Positions 27,401 through 41,947 of a stretch of DNA of 64,000 nt are shown here, in pieces. Location: the NCBI RefSeq assembly GCF_009914755.1, contig NC_060927.1; one strand, given 5' to 3'. The notes beneath the pieces are model-generated. The model was not told the DNA's origin, ran no database searches, and was given only the letters and a program-made list of their open reading frames with translations. How positions within the stretch are numbered: position 1 is the stretch's first letter; every line of letters starts with the position of its first letter. Source of the stretch: the human T2T-CHM13v2.0 reference genome, Homo sapiens. Both the position numbers and the translations under genes were made by a program.

Positions 27401-29559
27401 AGAATTTTAACTTATATTGGCATTCACTCTCCTAAATTTAGTAGCATGAATTAGAGATGTTTTTATTCTAATATTGGCTATACAGCAGACTAACAAATAG
27501 ATAATGTTTGGGAGAATGGTGCAGAAAATAATGAACAAAAAAACAGGAAATGGTGTTCAGAAGAATGAAAAATAAAAAAGAAGGTTAATTTTCTTTAAAA
27601 GGTAACAATGTAAGTTTTTTGTGTTATTTTGGGTCGCTGAAGTATCCAGAACTAACATTTTTGGAGAAAGTTGAGGATAGTGAATTGGAAAATAATATTA
27701 AGGTGTTTATAAACTATTAATACACAGATATTAGTTTAATTCATGCTACAAATTAAAATTTTAGGGAAAGTATAAAATAACACATTTAAGGACAATACAC
27801 TGCTGAGAATAGGAAGAAATAAAAGGAAAGTATAAGAAAATAATAGGAAGAAAACAGTCCTTAAAAAGTATGAGAACCCAGAGGAAACTGAATCCCAAAG
27901 TATCAACAAAGAGAGAGCAATGAGACCGACCAGCTCTGTTAGTGATTTTGTATGATTTATATTGCTTGTTGCTGGTCAAAGTTGTGAAACTCTGTTTTTT
28001 TCTCTCTCTCTTTGTCTTCTGAAATAAATAAGGTCAATTTTGAATTATATTTCTTCTGTATGTTTAAGTCAGTGATGCACTCTGAGCAGTCTGGAACAAG
28101 ATATGACAAGATGAGCACAAATAAAACATTATGTAATGTAGAGGTGCAAAACTAACTGAAAATTGTTTGGACACTTGAGGGCCAAGTGCGGTGTTGAAAG
28201 CTTGTGAACAATGATAAAGGCCCATTTAATGTTTCATTATGTTTGGTTCATTGGGACCTACTGACGTGTACATTATCTAGGATTTCAAATATATTGAGGT
28301 ACAAACTGATTCAACAGAACACATTTTTCTCTCATATTGCCTTGTGTGATAAAAAGAAGCAAAACTGAATAAGATTTTGTTTGTTTGTCAGAATGTACAG
28401 TAGGGTAAATGAAACATGTTTTTGTGCATAGCTCCTCATATCCAGAATGAAAACTTGTCATTTTTTCATAGGTACCATTGAAAATATTACTTACCTGGTA
28501 GATTCCAGCCTTCATTGTAAATTGAAATATGAGATTATAAGCCTAGGGCTTACAGCACTTCTATGCAATGGTCCTGATTGGAATATTACTCACATGTGCA
28601 ATTTTGTGTTGCCTTTTATTGACTGTGACAAGACACATGACATGCAGCATGTGCACAACCACAGCAAACAATATTAGCAGAAAATGAATTTCAAAGAGGG
28701 AGAAGAAAAATATGGCCCACTACCAGCCCTCCACTGAAGTGTGGACACATAGTTGAGGTGTGAGTAACTTTCAGATTTCATTAATAAATTCTGCATTTAT
28801 CTTTATTTGCTTTGACTTTTCCAGTAATTGTATTGAGACTTTCAGTATCTGAGGCTTTTCCAGAGACTTTTAGCTATATATGTTGAGCCTGACAGTCAAA
28901 GGCTTCCAGCTGGGTGTTAAAATTAGTCATTTTTTTAAAAATCCCATATTTTATGGCCTAAATAAAGTTGCTAATAAATACTTCATTTAAAAAAAATACT
29001 TTTTCAAGAGAAAAAGAGAAGAATAGCTACCTTCAGTGTCCAGAAGTACTTTGAAGACATGATTCTGTACTGTTAAATATTCTAACAACCAAACATTATT
29101 AATACAGTCAGTCCCCATGTTTCAAAGTAGTTGTCTTCTAAAATCCATTTGTTAATAGGTAGCTTGAAAATAAAAAACAAAACATTTTTATGTAGGAAAA
29201 GATAATTAGGTTTCCAGACTGATCCACAAAATTCTCCTCAAAGAATAGTGCATCCACAAGGATATATATGTTCATACTTAGGATTTTTTTTTCAATCCAT
29301 TTATTCTGAGTCATTAATAAAATTTTATTTATAAAACTAGACCATATATTCAAATTTTTTATCTTACTATTTTTCAGTGCCTCTTACACTATACTAGCAT
29401 GCTAACTATTAAATATTTTGTTTCTATTTTGTTTTTGTTTTTAAACATCTTATACTTTAAAAATCTTATACTGTGGACTTATAAAAGTCCACAGCTTTTT
29501 GCCAAACCAGTAATGTAAGAAGCATATCCACAAGCATAACTCAACCTTATTACGATCAC

Positions 29560-29690
29560 TTCTTGAAATAAAACTTTGCACAATTTAGTTTTTCTATCTA
29601 TAAAGTGTGAAGAATAATACTCATATCATGGAATGTCTGTGAACATTAGAGAAAGTTTGTGAAGTGCCTGGCACTGTGCCCAGCATATAT
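29560..29690 (+). mobile_element. MIR 3' fragment
   Basis: 'tagtttttctatctataaagtg...gaagtgcctggcactgtgcccagcat'. Confidence 0.65.
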
Positions 29691-29934
29691 TGGTGCTATC
29701 ATGGCTCACTGCAGCCTCGACCTCCTGGGCTTAAGCAGATCCTCCAATGTCAGCCTCCTGAGTAGCTGAGACTACAGGTGTGAGCCACCATGTCTGGCTA
29801 ATTTTTGTATTTTTTGTAGAGACAGGGTTTCACCATGTTTCCCCGGCTTGTCTTTAACTCCTGAGCTCAAGCAACTCTCCCACCTTTGCCTCTCAAAGTG
29901 TGAAGATTACAAGTGTGAACCACTGAGCCTGGCC
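29691..29934 (-). mobile_element. AluJ lacking its 3' end and tail
   Basis: J-type 'gctcactgcagcctcgacctcctgggcttaagc' and 'actcctgagctcaagc'; no poly-T. Confidence 0.9.
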
Positions 29935-29944
29935 TTATTTATAA

Positions 29945-30450
29945 TTCTTTATGGTACCTGTGAAGAAACTAAGTTCCAACTAAGTTGACTAAAAATGGAA
30001 ATCTATTAGAATATACAATTCAAGAAAAGAGTGAACAATATAAATGTGTGACAGGAGGATTTTGCCCTCCGAAGGTTTAAATACTGACAACATTCTCTTT
30101 TGATTTTTATTTCTGCTTGTCTTGGCTTCTTGACTCCAATGTCTACCTTAGCACTCTAACTTCTCCTTGTAGCATAGTGGGAAAATGGCTATGTTTTAGA
30201 TCCCTAGTTTTATGTTTTATAGGTATAGCTACCAAGAGACTTTTTTTTCTCAGCTCCAGTTTTCTAAACCTTGAAAAGGGACTATGAGTGGCCCTCTTGT
30301 TGAATCAAGAGATCCAGCCCATTGCTGAGCCAATCATCTGTGGCCCAATAATGAAATCATTCTGAACATTGAAGAGTTATATGGTAAGCATCGTTGAGGA
30401 AGGAGTAGACTAAAATTTCTAGAAAATGGAAGAGAGCACTGGGAAGACAA
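29945..30450 (-). mobile_element. Old MaLR LTR fragment (MLT1I/J/L-like)
   Basis: 'gagccaatcatctgtggccc' and 'gggactatgagtggccc' resemble old MLT1 LTRs; highly degenerate. Confidence 0.4.
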
Positions 30451-31358
30451 CTCTGTTTACTTCATACTTCTTTTCTCTCCTTCACCTTCCTTTTCTTTCT
30501 TTTCTCTAAGAAGAATATGGTCATTGACAATTGAAAGAACATTAGTCGGGCTTGTTTTTGTTTGTTTCTTATGAGTTTTAACCACATAAAAATGTTGCCC
30601 TACATATACAAGAAAGTGTAAATTTCTATGAACTAGCCACACTTTTTCATAATTACATCACAGTCTTTTGTATTCACCTACAAGGTGTTCTGCAGACATT
30701 ATGGAGTAAACACCTAAACAGAGTAGTATGTTTCATAGAAGTATATTGCTACAGTAGATTCAGATTTTTATGAAGAAAAAATTTATGACTCTTCTGAAAA
30801 TGGGCAGTCTGATAGAGCCATAGAGCAAGCCAGAGAGTAATAATAGCTATTACCTATTATTAACAATGCTATCCTTCTCATCATTTTAAAAATATGATCA
30901 GAAGTAGTATTGCCACATTAGCTTTGATCCTAGTGAAAGTTAAATGTTTCTTTCCAGTTTTTATGCTGCCTTCTACTCACTAACATATAGATACATGTTT
31001 TAATTACAGGCACATTGCATAGATACTCATAAAACAACCTGATGAGTTAATATGACAGCATGTCAGAAGGATATGCTTGGGAGTGTGTCAAAGCAGGACT
31101 CAAGTTTATTTATTTATTTATTTATTTTTTACATATTTTCCAAGCTGTGTTTCCTTAGGCAATCTGCCCTACCTTTACCTTTCTAAGTCTCAGTTTCTAC
31201 ATCTGTTTATAAAGAAAATGGATACAATAAGCACATTAGTGGCCAGTTTTATTTTTCATTGTCTGATTTTGTGAAAGGATTTTTAAAAACATTAAGAGAG
31301 GGACATACAAATTTCTATATTGTTTGCTAGAGTGACAGGGACAGAGAGAAAGATTTTC

Positions 31359-31652
<294 letters not shown>

Positions 31653-32632
31653 GAGAGAAAGATTTTCAATCTAATATTATTTTTATTACTATTCCCCTTT
31701 ATAGGTCAGACCCTCTCTGTGATTAGAGGGTAAATGTGCACTTTTTAGTAATACATTAATTTTTTTAGATTATTGGGGCCATTTTGTAAATGTTTTTTCC
31801 ATTGCAGTGGATGGTAACCAGTGGCCTAAACGCATAAGGACAAAGCTTAAAAAATGAAAAAAAAAAAACAAACTTATTTATATATGCTTTATTTCAAGAT
31901 AGCTTAAAAACTTTTTCCCATGTTCTAGTTCATTAGGATCATAAATCCTTAGGAAAATCACTGTTCTGTTGCAGAAGATGTTGTTCACTGATTTGTGAAG
32001 GTTTGTAGTTTATTTATTCTGCAACTATTAGACACTCAATAAATGAATTTGATGATAATGCTTATGGTATTTTTTCCAAGAATTAGAAATCCAGGAAAGA
32101 AGGGCATCACGTTGCAATACTGAATTATCAAATCGAAGATTTTTTTTATGCCATATGAAAACAGAATCAGCACTCAGGTAGTCTTCTTTCAAATACCCAT
32201 TCTTTCACTGATGAGAGATAACAGACCACCTAAACCATTTCATTAAATGGCTTCTGGTCGTCTGATGCATTTATGCGCCTTCTACTAGTGGAACAACCGT
32301 ATTCCCTTTTGATGCATAAGACTTTACCCACTAGTGGCAAAATGCTTTAAAATGATAGAGTACATTGGCCATCATATTTGTTCAGTTCTCAGTATATACC
32401 TTGCTCTATATTATGCCCTGTGGAATATACAAAAAAATTGGTTTTCAAAGAGCAACATGTTTGCTACATAATTTTTTTTCTATTTTATGGAAAAAAATTC
32501 TGTTGTCCATACATACACAAGAGAAGCTTTCCCAAATGAATAAATGATTAATTTCAAAAAGCCTTTATTTTGTTTTCTTTTGACATTATCTGCCTATTTG
32601 GAGCTAAGAGAATGCCAGTGATGAAATGGTGA

Positions 32633-32976
<344 letters not shown>

Positions 32977-34664
32977 CAAGAAGTTTTAAAAAACAAAAAT
33001 CTAGGACCTCATCTACCCCTCAATCATGGCAAAACCAGTTATTTCAAAACCCAAATTTTAATATGGTTTACCAAGCCTGAACATAAAATAAAAGAACACA
33101 AACTAAATGTTACCAATACAGGTTAACAATGCACATCCATACAATTTAGGGCAAATCCAAAATCAACTTGACGTTAAATATGTTAGCCTATTCTTGACGT
33201 TAAATATGTCAAGCTCTTCTCTCTTGGTTTGTTTTGACCTAAATTTCTAACCTGATATTCTTATTCAAATGTGTCATGAGGGCAGCCAAATGGCCTGATT
33301 TTTCCAGGACAGCAGTAAAAACTGTTCTGCTTTGTCATGGATTCTTTGAAATAAGTTGTTCTTGCAGTGAATACAAATGTAAGCTTCCTGTCTCAGTGAA
33401 CTAAGCAACAGAATGGGAGTTTTAAAAGTCACAGATCCAAATCCCTCTCTCCAGTACTGAGTCACCATGTAGCCTTTGTGGCCTTGAGTTCCTGGTTTTC
33501 ACTATTGAAAATGGGAATTATAAAATCCAGAGAGTATTTTATGTTTTAAGGTTTAGGGGGAAGGATGTAGAAAGGTATAGGAGAAGCAGCAGGTAATTTT
33601 TTGGGGACTGGTGAATAGACACACTGTAAAATACCTCACAAATAATGAGCTTTCCCCTCCCACCAGTGGGGAGAAAATTGCCCACCAGTGGGAGGTAGGA
33701 GGAAGATAGAAAAAGAAAAAGAAAAGAGAACTTTTCTGGTCACAGAGGTACTATTTAGTGCACTGGAGCATAATTTATTAAGTGGAACTTTGGCTGAAAA
33801 GAGCTAATTCACCTACCAAACTGAGCAGATTTACATTCTTCCCATCACAAGGACAAAACTCCACATAGTTAGTTATTTATCTTTTGGGAAGTAACTGGAT
33901 AAGATACGGGCAATGGAGTAAATCAGCAGAATGAAAACTATTCCCCAAATGCCAAAAACCACAGGCTCCTGGGAAATATACTAAAATATTATTGTTAATT
34001 GTATATCTACAAAAATTATTGTAAATGCGTTCATATTAATCACTACTGCAGAAATGCTCCATTTTCTTACTTTTTATACCATTCTGTTTCTTGGAAAAAT
34101 ATAAGATAATTTTGAAAGCAATCAAAAGAGCCAGATTAGTTCATTTTAATTAAATCTTACAGAAACTGCCTTGTTATCTGTGTGAACTTTGGTTACTAAC
34201 TTTCTCAAGGTGAGAAAAGATGTATTCAGGTCTCTGTATTACTGTAATGTACTTTGTACTCTACAGGCAGAAACAAATAAATTCCATCATTAAGACTGTA
34301 TGAAGAAAGCTGAACAGTAGTGGTTTATGTTTTCATAATGAGTTCCTTGTATTGAATGTGGAACTTCTGTTACATTTTCATGGAGTCTGCGTAGAATCTA
34401 CACATAATTAAATGCCTGTTTTCTGCTCTCTGATGCATCATCTTTAGGCAGAAACCTGCATTTGTGTTTCTCATGTCCAGCTATTACTTGAATCTACTTT
34501 CTGTCATATTTTATTTTTTAATGTGAAACTTCTTCTATCAGTGTTATAACTGATATATGGTAGGGCAAGACAATTATGTAGAAGCCAGAGTACAATGCTA
34601 ATGTGTATGTTTGAGAGAGGCTAATAGGACTCTTAAGCTCTAGACCTCATAAAAGTGCCAGAAA

Positions 34665-34954
34665 GGCCGGGCACGGTGGCTCAAGCCTGTAATCCCAGCA
34701 CTTTGGGAGGCCGAGGCGGGCGGATCACAAGGTCAGGAGATCGAGACCATCCTGGCTAACACGGTGAAACCCTGTCTCTACTAAAAATACAAAAAATTAG
34801 CTGGGCATGGTGGCGGGCGCCTGTAGTCCCAGCTACTCGGGAGGCTGAGGCAGGAGAATGGCGTGAACCCAGGAGGTGGAGCTTTCAGTAAGCTGAGATC
34901 TCGCCACCCACTGCACTCCAGCCTGGGTGACACAGCGAGACTCCGTCTTGAAAA
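34665..34954 (+). mobile_element. AluY, full length
   Basis: 'accatcctggctaacacggtg' and 'gagaatggcgtgaaccc'; TSD aaaagtgcc(a/g)gaaa at 34651-34664 and 34955-34968. Confidence 0.95.
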
Positions 34955-34999
34955 AAAAGTGCCGGAAAATGCTGTTGAAGTTGGTCTAAAGTTTTTCTG

Positions 35000-35454
35000 A
35001 AGCATACAGGCAGAATAATGTTCCCCTCACCATCCAAAAATATCCATATTCTGTGAACATATTAGCCTGCATTGCAAAAGGAACTTTACAGATGTTATAG
35101 CGTATCTTCAAGTGGGAACATTATCCTGGATTATCTGGGTGCCTCAGTGTAGTCACAGGAATCCTTGTAAGAGGGAGGCAAGAGGTTCAGAATCAGAGAA
35201 GGAAATGTGATGAGGGAAGCAAAACTCAGAGTAATGAGGCCACAAGCCAAGGCATGTAAGCAGCATCTAGATGCCACAAATGATAAGAAACTCATTCTTA
35301 TAGAGCCTCCAGAAATAATGTAGCCCTGCAATACTTTGATTTTAACCCAATGAAGCTGATTTTGGACTTCTCACATCCAGGACTGTGTGATAATACATTT
35401 CTGGTATTTTGAACAACTAAATTTGTGGTGATTTGTTAACAGGAAACTAATACA
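35000..35454 (+). mobile_element. MLT1D-like MaLR solo LTR
   Basis: 'aggcagaataatg...ttatcctggattatctgggtg...aggaaactaataca'. Confidence 0.85.
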
Positions 35455-35778
35455 CAGTTATTAATCTGACTTTTCAATTTTAAATACAAAACTCTGAGGT
35501 TTGAATTAGAACAGAGTGATTCAGACACAGCCTTAAGCTTATGCCTTTTCTAATAACAGAGCTAGAATATAAATAATACAAGCCCATTGCCCTTAAGTAA
35601 CTAATGCCAGTGGAGATAAATGACTTGCTTAAGGTAGTACAGCTAGTTAGTGATAGAGATGAGATGAATTGGGCTACACAAGGCTCTGAGACCACTGATA
35701 TTTAATTTCTACTGTGCTGCCTTTGTTTCATGGTATAAAAACATTTGCATACAAAAGTCATGTTTAAGAAGAGTTTTC

Positions 35779-36149
<371 letters not shown>

Positions 36150-39100
36150 TTACTTCACGACAAGAATTTATGTATGTCCTGCTAAGTTACAGACTAGGCG
36201 ATCTGTAGTGAATCAATGAGACATGGCCCTTGCTCATGGTGCCTGTTGGGAAGACAAACATAAACAAATGTAATTATAATTAATTAATAGAATACCTTAA
36301 AGGAGCAAAGTTCTGTAAAGACTTTATCATGTGCAAGGACTTTTCCTCTTAATCTGTATTGTCTTTGAATAAGATGATGATCAAAAAGAATTTTATTCTA
36401 TTAAAAGAACATCATATGATTTTGAGCTGTTACTCTTATTCTGCAAAGATATAATAATCGCCTTTTATTATGGGGAAGAATGTATACATGTATTTTTCAA
36501 TGTCTTTGGAAACATACTTGTGTATATTTTAGAAGCCCAGGTTTGTGGATGACACTTCACTGCGATGCCATCAGTTTCTATGGAGACACTAACTATTGTG
36601 CAGTTAGGAGGAAAAAAAGACTCCTCCGCTTCCCTGTAGCTTTAAACTGTTTTTACTCATCTTTCTATTCCACACATTCAGAAATAAAATTAAAATGGTT
36701 TTCTTTTTGAGCAATATTACTTGAATGCCAATAGTATTATCTTTTATTTCACAAAGACTATAAAACATTTATGAATTAAATATAGTCCAACAGAAAATGA
36801 GATCTTCCCTAGCCATCCCATGCTAATGGCAAAGATAGTGTTTCCTCTGTGTGGTTTATAAATCTAGAATTTTTGTTGGTATTATGTTACTAGAGTTTTT
36901 TTTTTTTTTAAACTTATACATTAAACACTACCAATAACTTCAACCTTGGTCTTTCACACAGCTGTGGTGTAGAGATAACTTCCATTTATATTAACCGAAG
37001 TTACATTTGCATGCTAGCAGGAAAGTACCCTTTATAGAACCAAATTAGTACAAAGCTATGTGAAAGAACAAATCTTTTCTACTTAAAAGAGGCATGGCAA
37101 TTCAGTTTAATAAAGAAATTCTACATCAGTGTTTGTTTCCTAGATCCTGATGGGTTCATTTTGTCTTCTTTTGCATCATTAATTTTAAATAATTTTTAAA
37201 AATTGGTAATCAACAGATAATGCTGCCTGATTTGAACTTCCTTTTTACACTGGCTTTATTTACTGCTGGGAACTTTTTATTTATTTTAACTTCTTCTTAA
37301 AATAAGAATCTCTGTTTTACTAACGTTTGTGTTTTTAAGTCCTATAAATGCTGGATTACATAAGTATCAGTAAATATTACAGTTGGCAAAAGCTTAAAAT
37401 TGCTTCCAAAAATAATTTTAAGAAACAAAAAATAATTAAAATGTCACTCCTGAATTCATACATTCAAGTGTATTTTAATATCAAAGTTAAATGTTAAGTG
37501 TTAACCGTGAATCCATGGAGATAGTGTCATACTTTGCAGTCTAAGTACTTTTAAGTAGCACAAGGTCTTTCAACATAATTAGCACAGAATATTGAACCAC
37601 GCCAGAAATATGGGATTCGTCATTAAATTTAGAGGCTTCTTTATCTCTCTGAGTCTAATCATGTGTGCAGAAGACTAATTGTTAATGGCATGGTCTTTAT
37701 TGCTCATAGCTTTCTTTTATTTTAAATGGAATGGTCTGCTTTGTGAGAAATAATTAGGTTTTATAGGCCTACCTGCATGGAGCCTTTTGTTGAATGTCTT
37801 ATGGTTTTGCCAATTCAGATCCTGAGAGCAATTAGAGGCTGTGGCGGAACTGTTCCTTAAATCACACACATATTGTGTTATTGCCTGCCTTTTATTTTTT
37901 TTACCTGCAGTAGCAGATGCAGAAGCTTCAGTTACTTGCAAGTACACAGACTAATTGTTAGCCAGTGCAAAAACTACTTGGTTTGGGAGGCATAAACTGG
38001 GAAGACAAAGTTGTTATAAGTGTGGCACATAGAAGTGTGTCCTAATGTCTGACACTGTCCCCAAAATAATTATGTTCTCAATTATAGAACAAGTCTGTAA
38101 CGATTCTCTTAAGTGACATAGTAGTTTCGTTGTTTAAAATGATGGTCAAAATTGGTGGCCAAGCTGTAGTCTTTCAGTATGTATGGATTTTTTTTCAACC
38201 AGAATAATTTATTTGCTTCCCACAGTCAGTTGGGAATTATTGTTGCTCAGTGAGGTAAATAATAGAGACACTTTTCAAAAGTGCTCATAACAGTTATAAA
38301 AATCAATGTTTCATTTCTGAAAGAGTTCAATTGGTATGATTAGTCAGAGACCCAACTGGTGAGATCTGATAGAAGTATTGTCTAAAATGTGGCAAGTTTC
38401 AATATCATTTTGAGAGAACTGCATATTATAGTAGAAAAAATTGGCTGAATTATTTTGGTCACTCTGCCTACTTGCCTTCTTCATGACACAGAAAAGCTCA
38501 GTGAGATTATTCTTAATCAGTTAATGATGATAAAAATGATTGTCATTTATATGTTAGTACACTTTCATAAATTGCATTCCCTTGGAGCTGTTTGTCAAAT
38601 TGTGGTTAGGGGTTGGCGTTCACTTTTCCAACCTTCTCACATGAAGTTACAGTAAATCCTATTTGTCTACTGTTCTGTTTGACATAAATTTAACAGTGTT
38701 TTATCCTCTCTGTGTCATCAACATGTTAGCCAGGTACCATTTTCTGAGGCAACTATACTCCTGCTACCATGTAATCAATAACACAGTACTTTCAATCTTG
38801 ACAATTTTCTTTAGTGGAAAATTACTTTGCATAGGCTTTTTGCCATTCCAGTTGATAAGCCATCTTCATTCAGATCTACAATGTCAAATATTATCACTCC
38901 CAAAAAGGCACTGACAGCCTTAAACATATGCATGTACAAATCAATATTTTTTTCAACTGATCTCCTTTGGAAACATTTTTTTTTTAACTGAAATACTAGA
39001 AGGTAGATGAATTTGTGACCTACATCCTGTGGCAAACCTGAAGATATGTTTGAAAAAAATGTCATATGAACTTGCAGGATCCACAGAGAAATTTACTTAT

Positions 39101-39939
39101 GGGTAGTACATCATTTTTGATATAAAGAAATAGGTCATTGTAAAACATTTTCATAGGAACCAATGGTACTGAGATGTTTATTTTCTGAGTTTCTGTCTTT
39201 ATTTTGCTAAATTCCTCCTCTAAATAAGGGAGGGCCAAGAAAACACCTTTTTGTTACCTGGCAGATTGCCTTCTGGGTAATAGATGTTAGACAGGTAAAA
39301 ATACACATTGCTGCTTTGAAACACACCTGAGATTTTTGAAATCCTAAGAAGCGTTTACAGTTGTGTAAGAAATTGGCTAATTAAAATGTTGTTGAAAGAT
39401 TATTTGAGGGACTATTCCTTTTTATGGAAAAGAGATGAGGAAAATAGAAAATCTAAGAATAACCTTAGCAGGTCGAAAGTTTTGTTTTAAATAATTTAAC
39501 TTTTTTGTCATAAAAATGAATGGAATACTTATTCGGTCGTCATGGAGAAAGCCTAGCCTACCCATCCTTTTTTTTTTCTTCCTAATATGTGGAGAGCCTG
39601 ATCCTTTACATTTGCTTATGCTGCTTTGAACATTTTGGTCACAATTTTTATTTTTTATATTCAAAGTATGTAGACCTTGTGACAGTCAGTTGTAGCAATA
39701 ACTCTTCTTGTGGTCTTTGAAAGATCAAATACAAACCAGGAAAAAATTCTAAATAAGGTTGAGAGTATTTGAATAATTTTCCCCTTAAATTTAGTGGGGT
39801 TTGGGAAGAATTGTGTGTTATGAGTTTATGACAACTAAATAATAATTAAACTTCAAATGATTAAACTTTAAATAAGTAAAAGAGAAATAATTTTCGTGCT
39901 CCTTGCAATAAGTCAATAGTGTTAGTGTTAAATAGAGCA

Positions 39940-40465
39940 TGAGAGTTCCTTGTAGACCTATTTATAGAGACAAAATTGTTTATGATTTGGTATATACCTT
40001 TCCATACTTTTCATGCTCATGTAAGTATATTTTATCTATTTAAATGGAGACATGCTGTATTTACTGTTCTATCATTCCCCTCTTCACTTAACAATATGGG
40101 GAGGACTTATTTACACATTTAAAGCTACCACTTTTTAGAAATAGATGTAATTTTAAAAATAATTATGCATGATTAAGATTTAGACTTTTCAAATTATTTT
40201 AGTATAAACACTATCATAACAAATATTCTTACTCATATGTCTTTGCGTACTTGTTCAATTATCTCATTAGTATGGGTTCCTAGAACTAGATTTGCTGGCT
40301 TAAAGGTGCTTAGGTAGATATTTTATACTTCATGAAAATTTTGGTTTCCACATCCCACAGTAGCATTGTCCTTAACCATCTTTTATGTTCTGTGTTTCTC
40401 TAATTATAAAACTCTAATTGATTTTAAAATCTGCACCCTTTGGTTATTAACAGGTTGGTGGTCTT
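39940..40465 (-). mobile_element. Old L1ME-like fragment
   Basis: 'tttcacttaacaatat...tcctagaactagatttgctggcttaaagg' match antisense L1M 3' motifs. Confidence 0.55.
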
Positions 40466-40618
40466 TTCAGCCATCAGACTGAGCAGGCATTACCAAGCCT
40501 ATAGCATAGGGTATTTACGTACAGATATCGATCTACAGATATGAATATAGATCATATAGATATAGTTATCAATATGGTTACAGACATGGTTATACACATA
40601 GATATAGATTTGGACAAA

Positions 40619-40671
40619 GACACACATACGCACACACACGCCCACGCGTGCACGCACGCACACACACACAT
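40619..40671. repeat. Alternating purine-pyrimidine (CA/CG)n tract
   Basis: cacacatacgcacacacacgcccacgcgtgcacgcacgcacacacacaca. Confidence 0.9.
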
Positions 40672-41947
40672 CTTTTCCCAAAAGCAAGTTGTTGTTTATG
40701 CTGTTTCATCAACCTAGAAAATTTTATTTTTCGATATTCAACTTTATTCATCCTGAGAAGCTGAGCTCTGATTTCACTCTCCCTACCAAGTCACAGCCAT
40801 TTTTTATTGCTCCTGTCAGAAATCTCATATTCCTTTATAGAACTTATATGGTGCCTTATACACTCCTATAACATTTATCCTGCTCTGTCTTTAATTTGAC
40901 TTAGGCGTATGTCAGCTTCAGGATTCATAGATAAGGTCCTTGGTTGCAGGAACCACGTCTGACCTATTTTTTAAATCCACAGATACTTCATGATTTGCCA
41001 ATATATGTTGATTTGGTGTAGGTACTAAGCCAGTGTTGTGTACATATGGATTTCCATTGTTGTCTGCCACAAAAGGAGTAATTTTGAGAAATGCAGTGTT
41101 TTGGAAAAGAATATGAGACATGCAGTCAGAGAATTTGCCACTTAATTTCTGTGTGGCTTTAAAGATGTTCCTCATCTTCTGTGAACCTCAGTTTAATTCA
41201 TCTGTGAAACTAAGGGAATAACAATATACTTCAAAAGTAGTAAGTGTATCGCAAGTAGTAATGAAGAATAAACAAGATACTGGCTTGACAGTGCTTTGCA
41301 AATGTTATATAAACATAAATATAATAATTATATATTATTACAAATAAGATTTCTGAATTCTTACCTCGGTAGAAAGTAAATAAGAAGACTGAGTCTCTGT
41401 CTCCCAACGTGTACCCAATGATATGAATCTTAAGTAATCGGATGGATGACAGGATTCCAGATGTAAATTTTGTGACCATATGCATCCATCAGAAATTATT
41501 TAGTGAAAACAGAAAGAAAAATAAGCTCACAAATGGGGTTGCACTCTCTTTCCTGTATGATAGAATGGTTAAATTAATGGCTAAATCTAATTAAGAAACT
41601 GAAAAATTATAGCTTGCCTGCTGCCAATATTAATCCCAATGGACTGTGAGATAGGGATATGGTAGCACTCAAAAATTACCTCACCATTGTTGAATATTAA
41701 GGCAATTTTGCTACCTATCCTTAGAAATAAAACAGCCCTTGCAATTAAATTTTGTAATTTGTTATTGGTTCAAAAATTAATGCCTTTTACTATCATAAAT
41801 GTATCACCACAGGTGACAAAGCACAATTTTAATTAACAGTGACAGGTAAAGCTCCTTACAGTCAGATTGAATTTATATTAGCAATTATATAAAAATTATA
41901 TTTTGATCATCACAGTTTTGCATTGAGGCCAAGAGTTCTAATCATAT

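Noticed and set aside
28488-28498. tacttacctgg, matching the U1 snRNA 5' end
   Set aside because: Only 11 nt with no further U1 sequence; it is simply a consensus 5' splice site on the minus strand without a convincing exon
32270-32340. Two CTCF-like words around actagtgg
   Set aside because: Each departs from the CTCF core at key positions
34163-34209. 47-nt + strand cassette cag|...AAG|gtgaga containing TACTAAC
   Set aside because: Not frame-preserving, and the branch consensus sits too close to the next AG; likely a pseudo-exon
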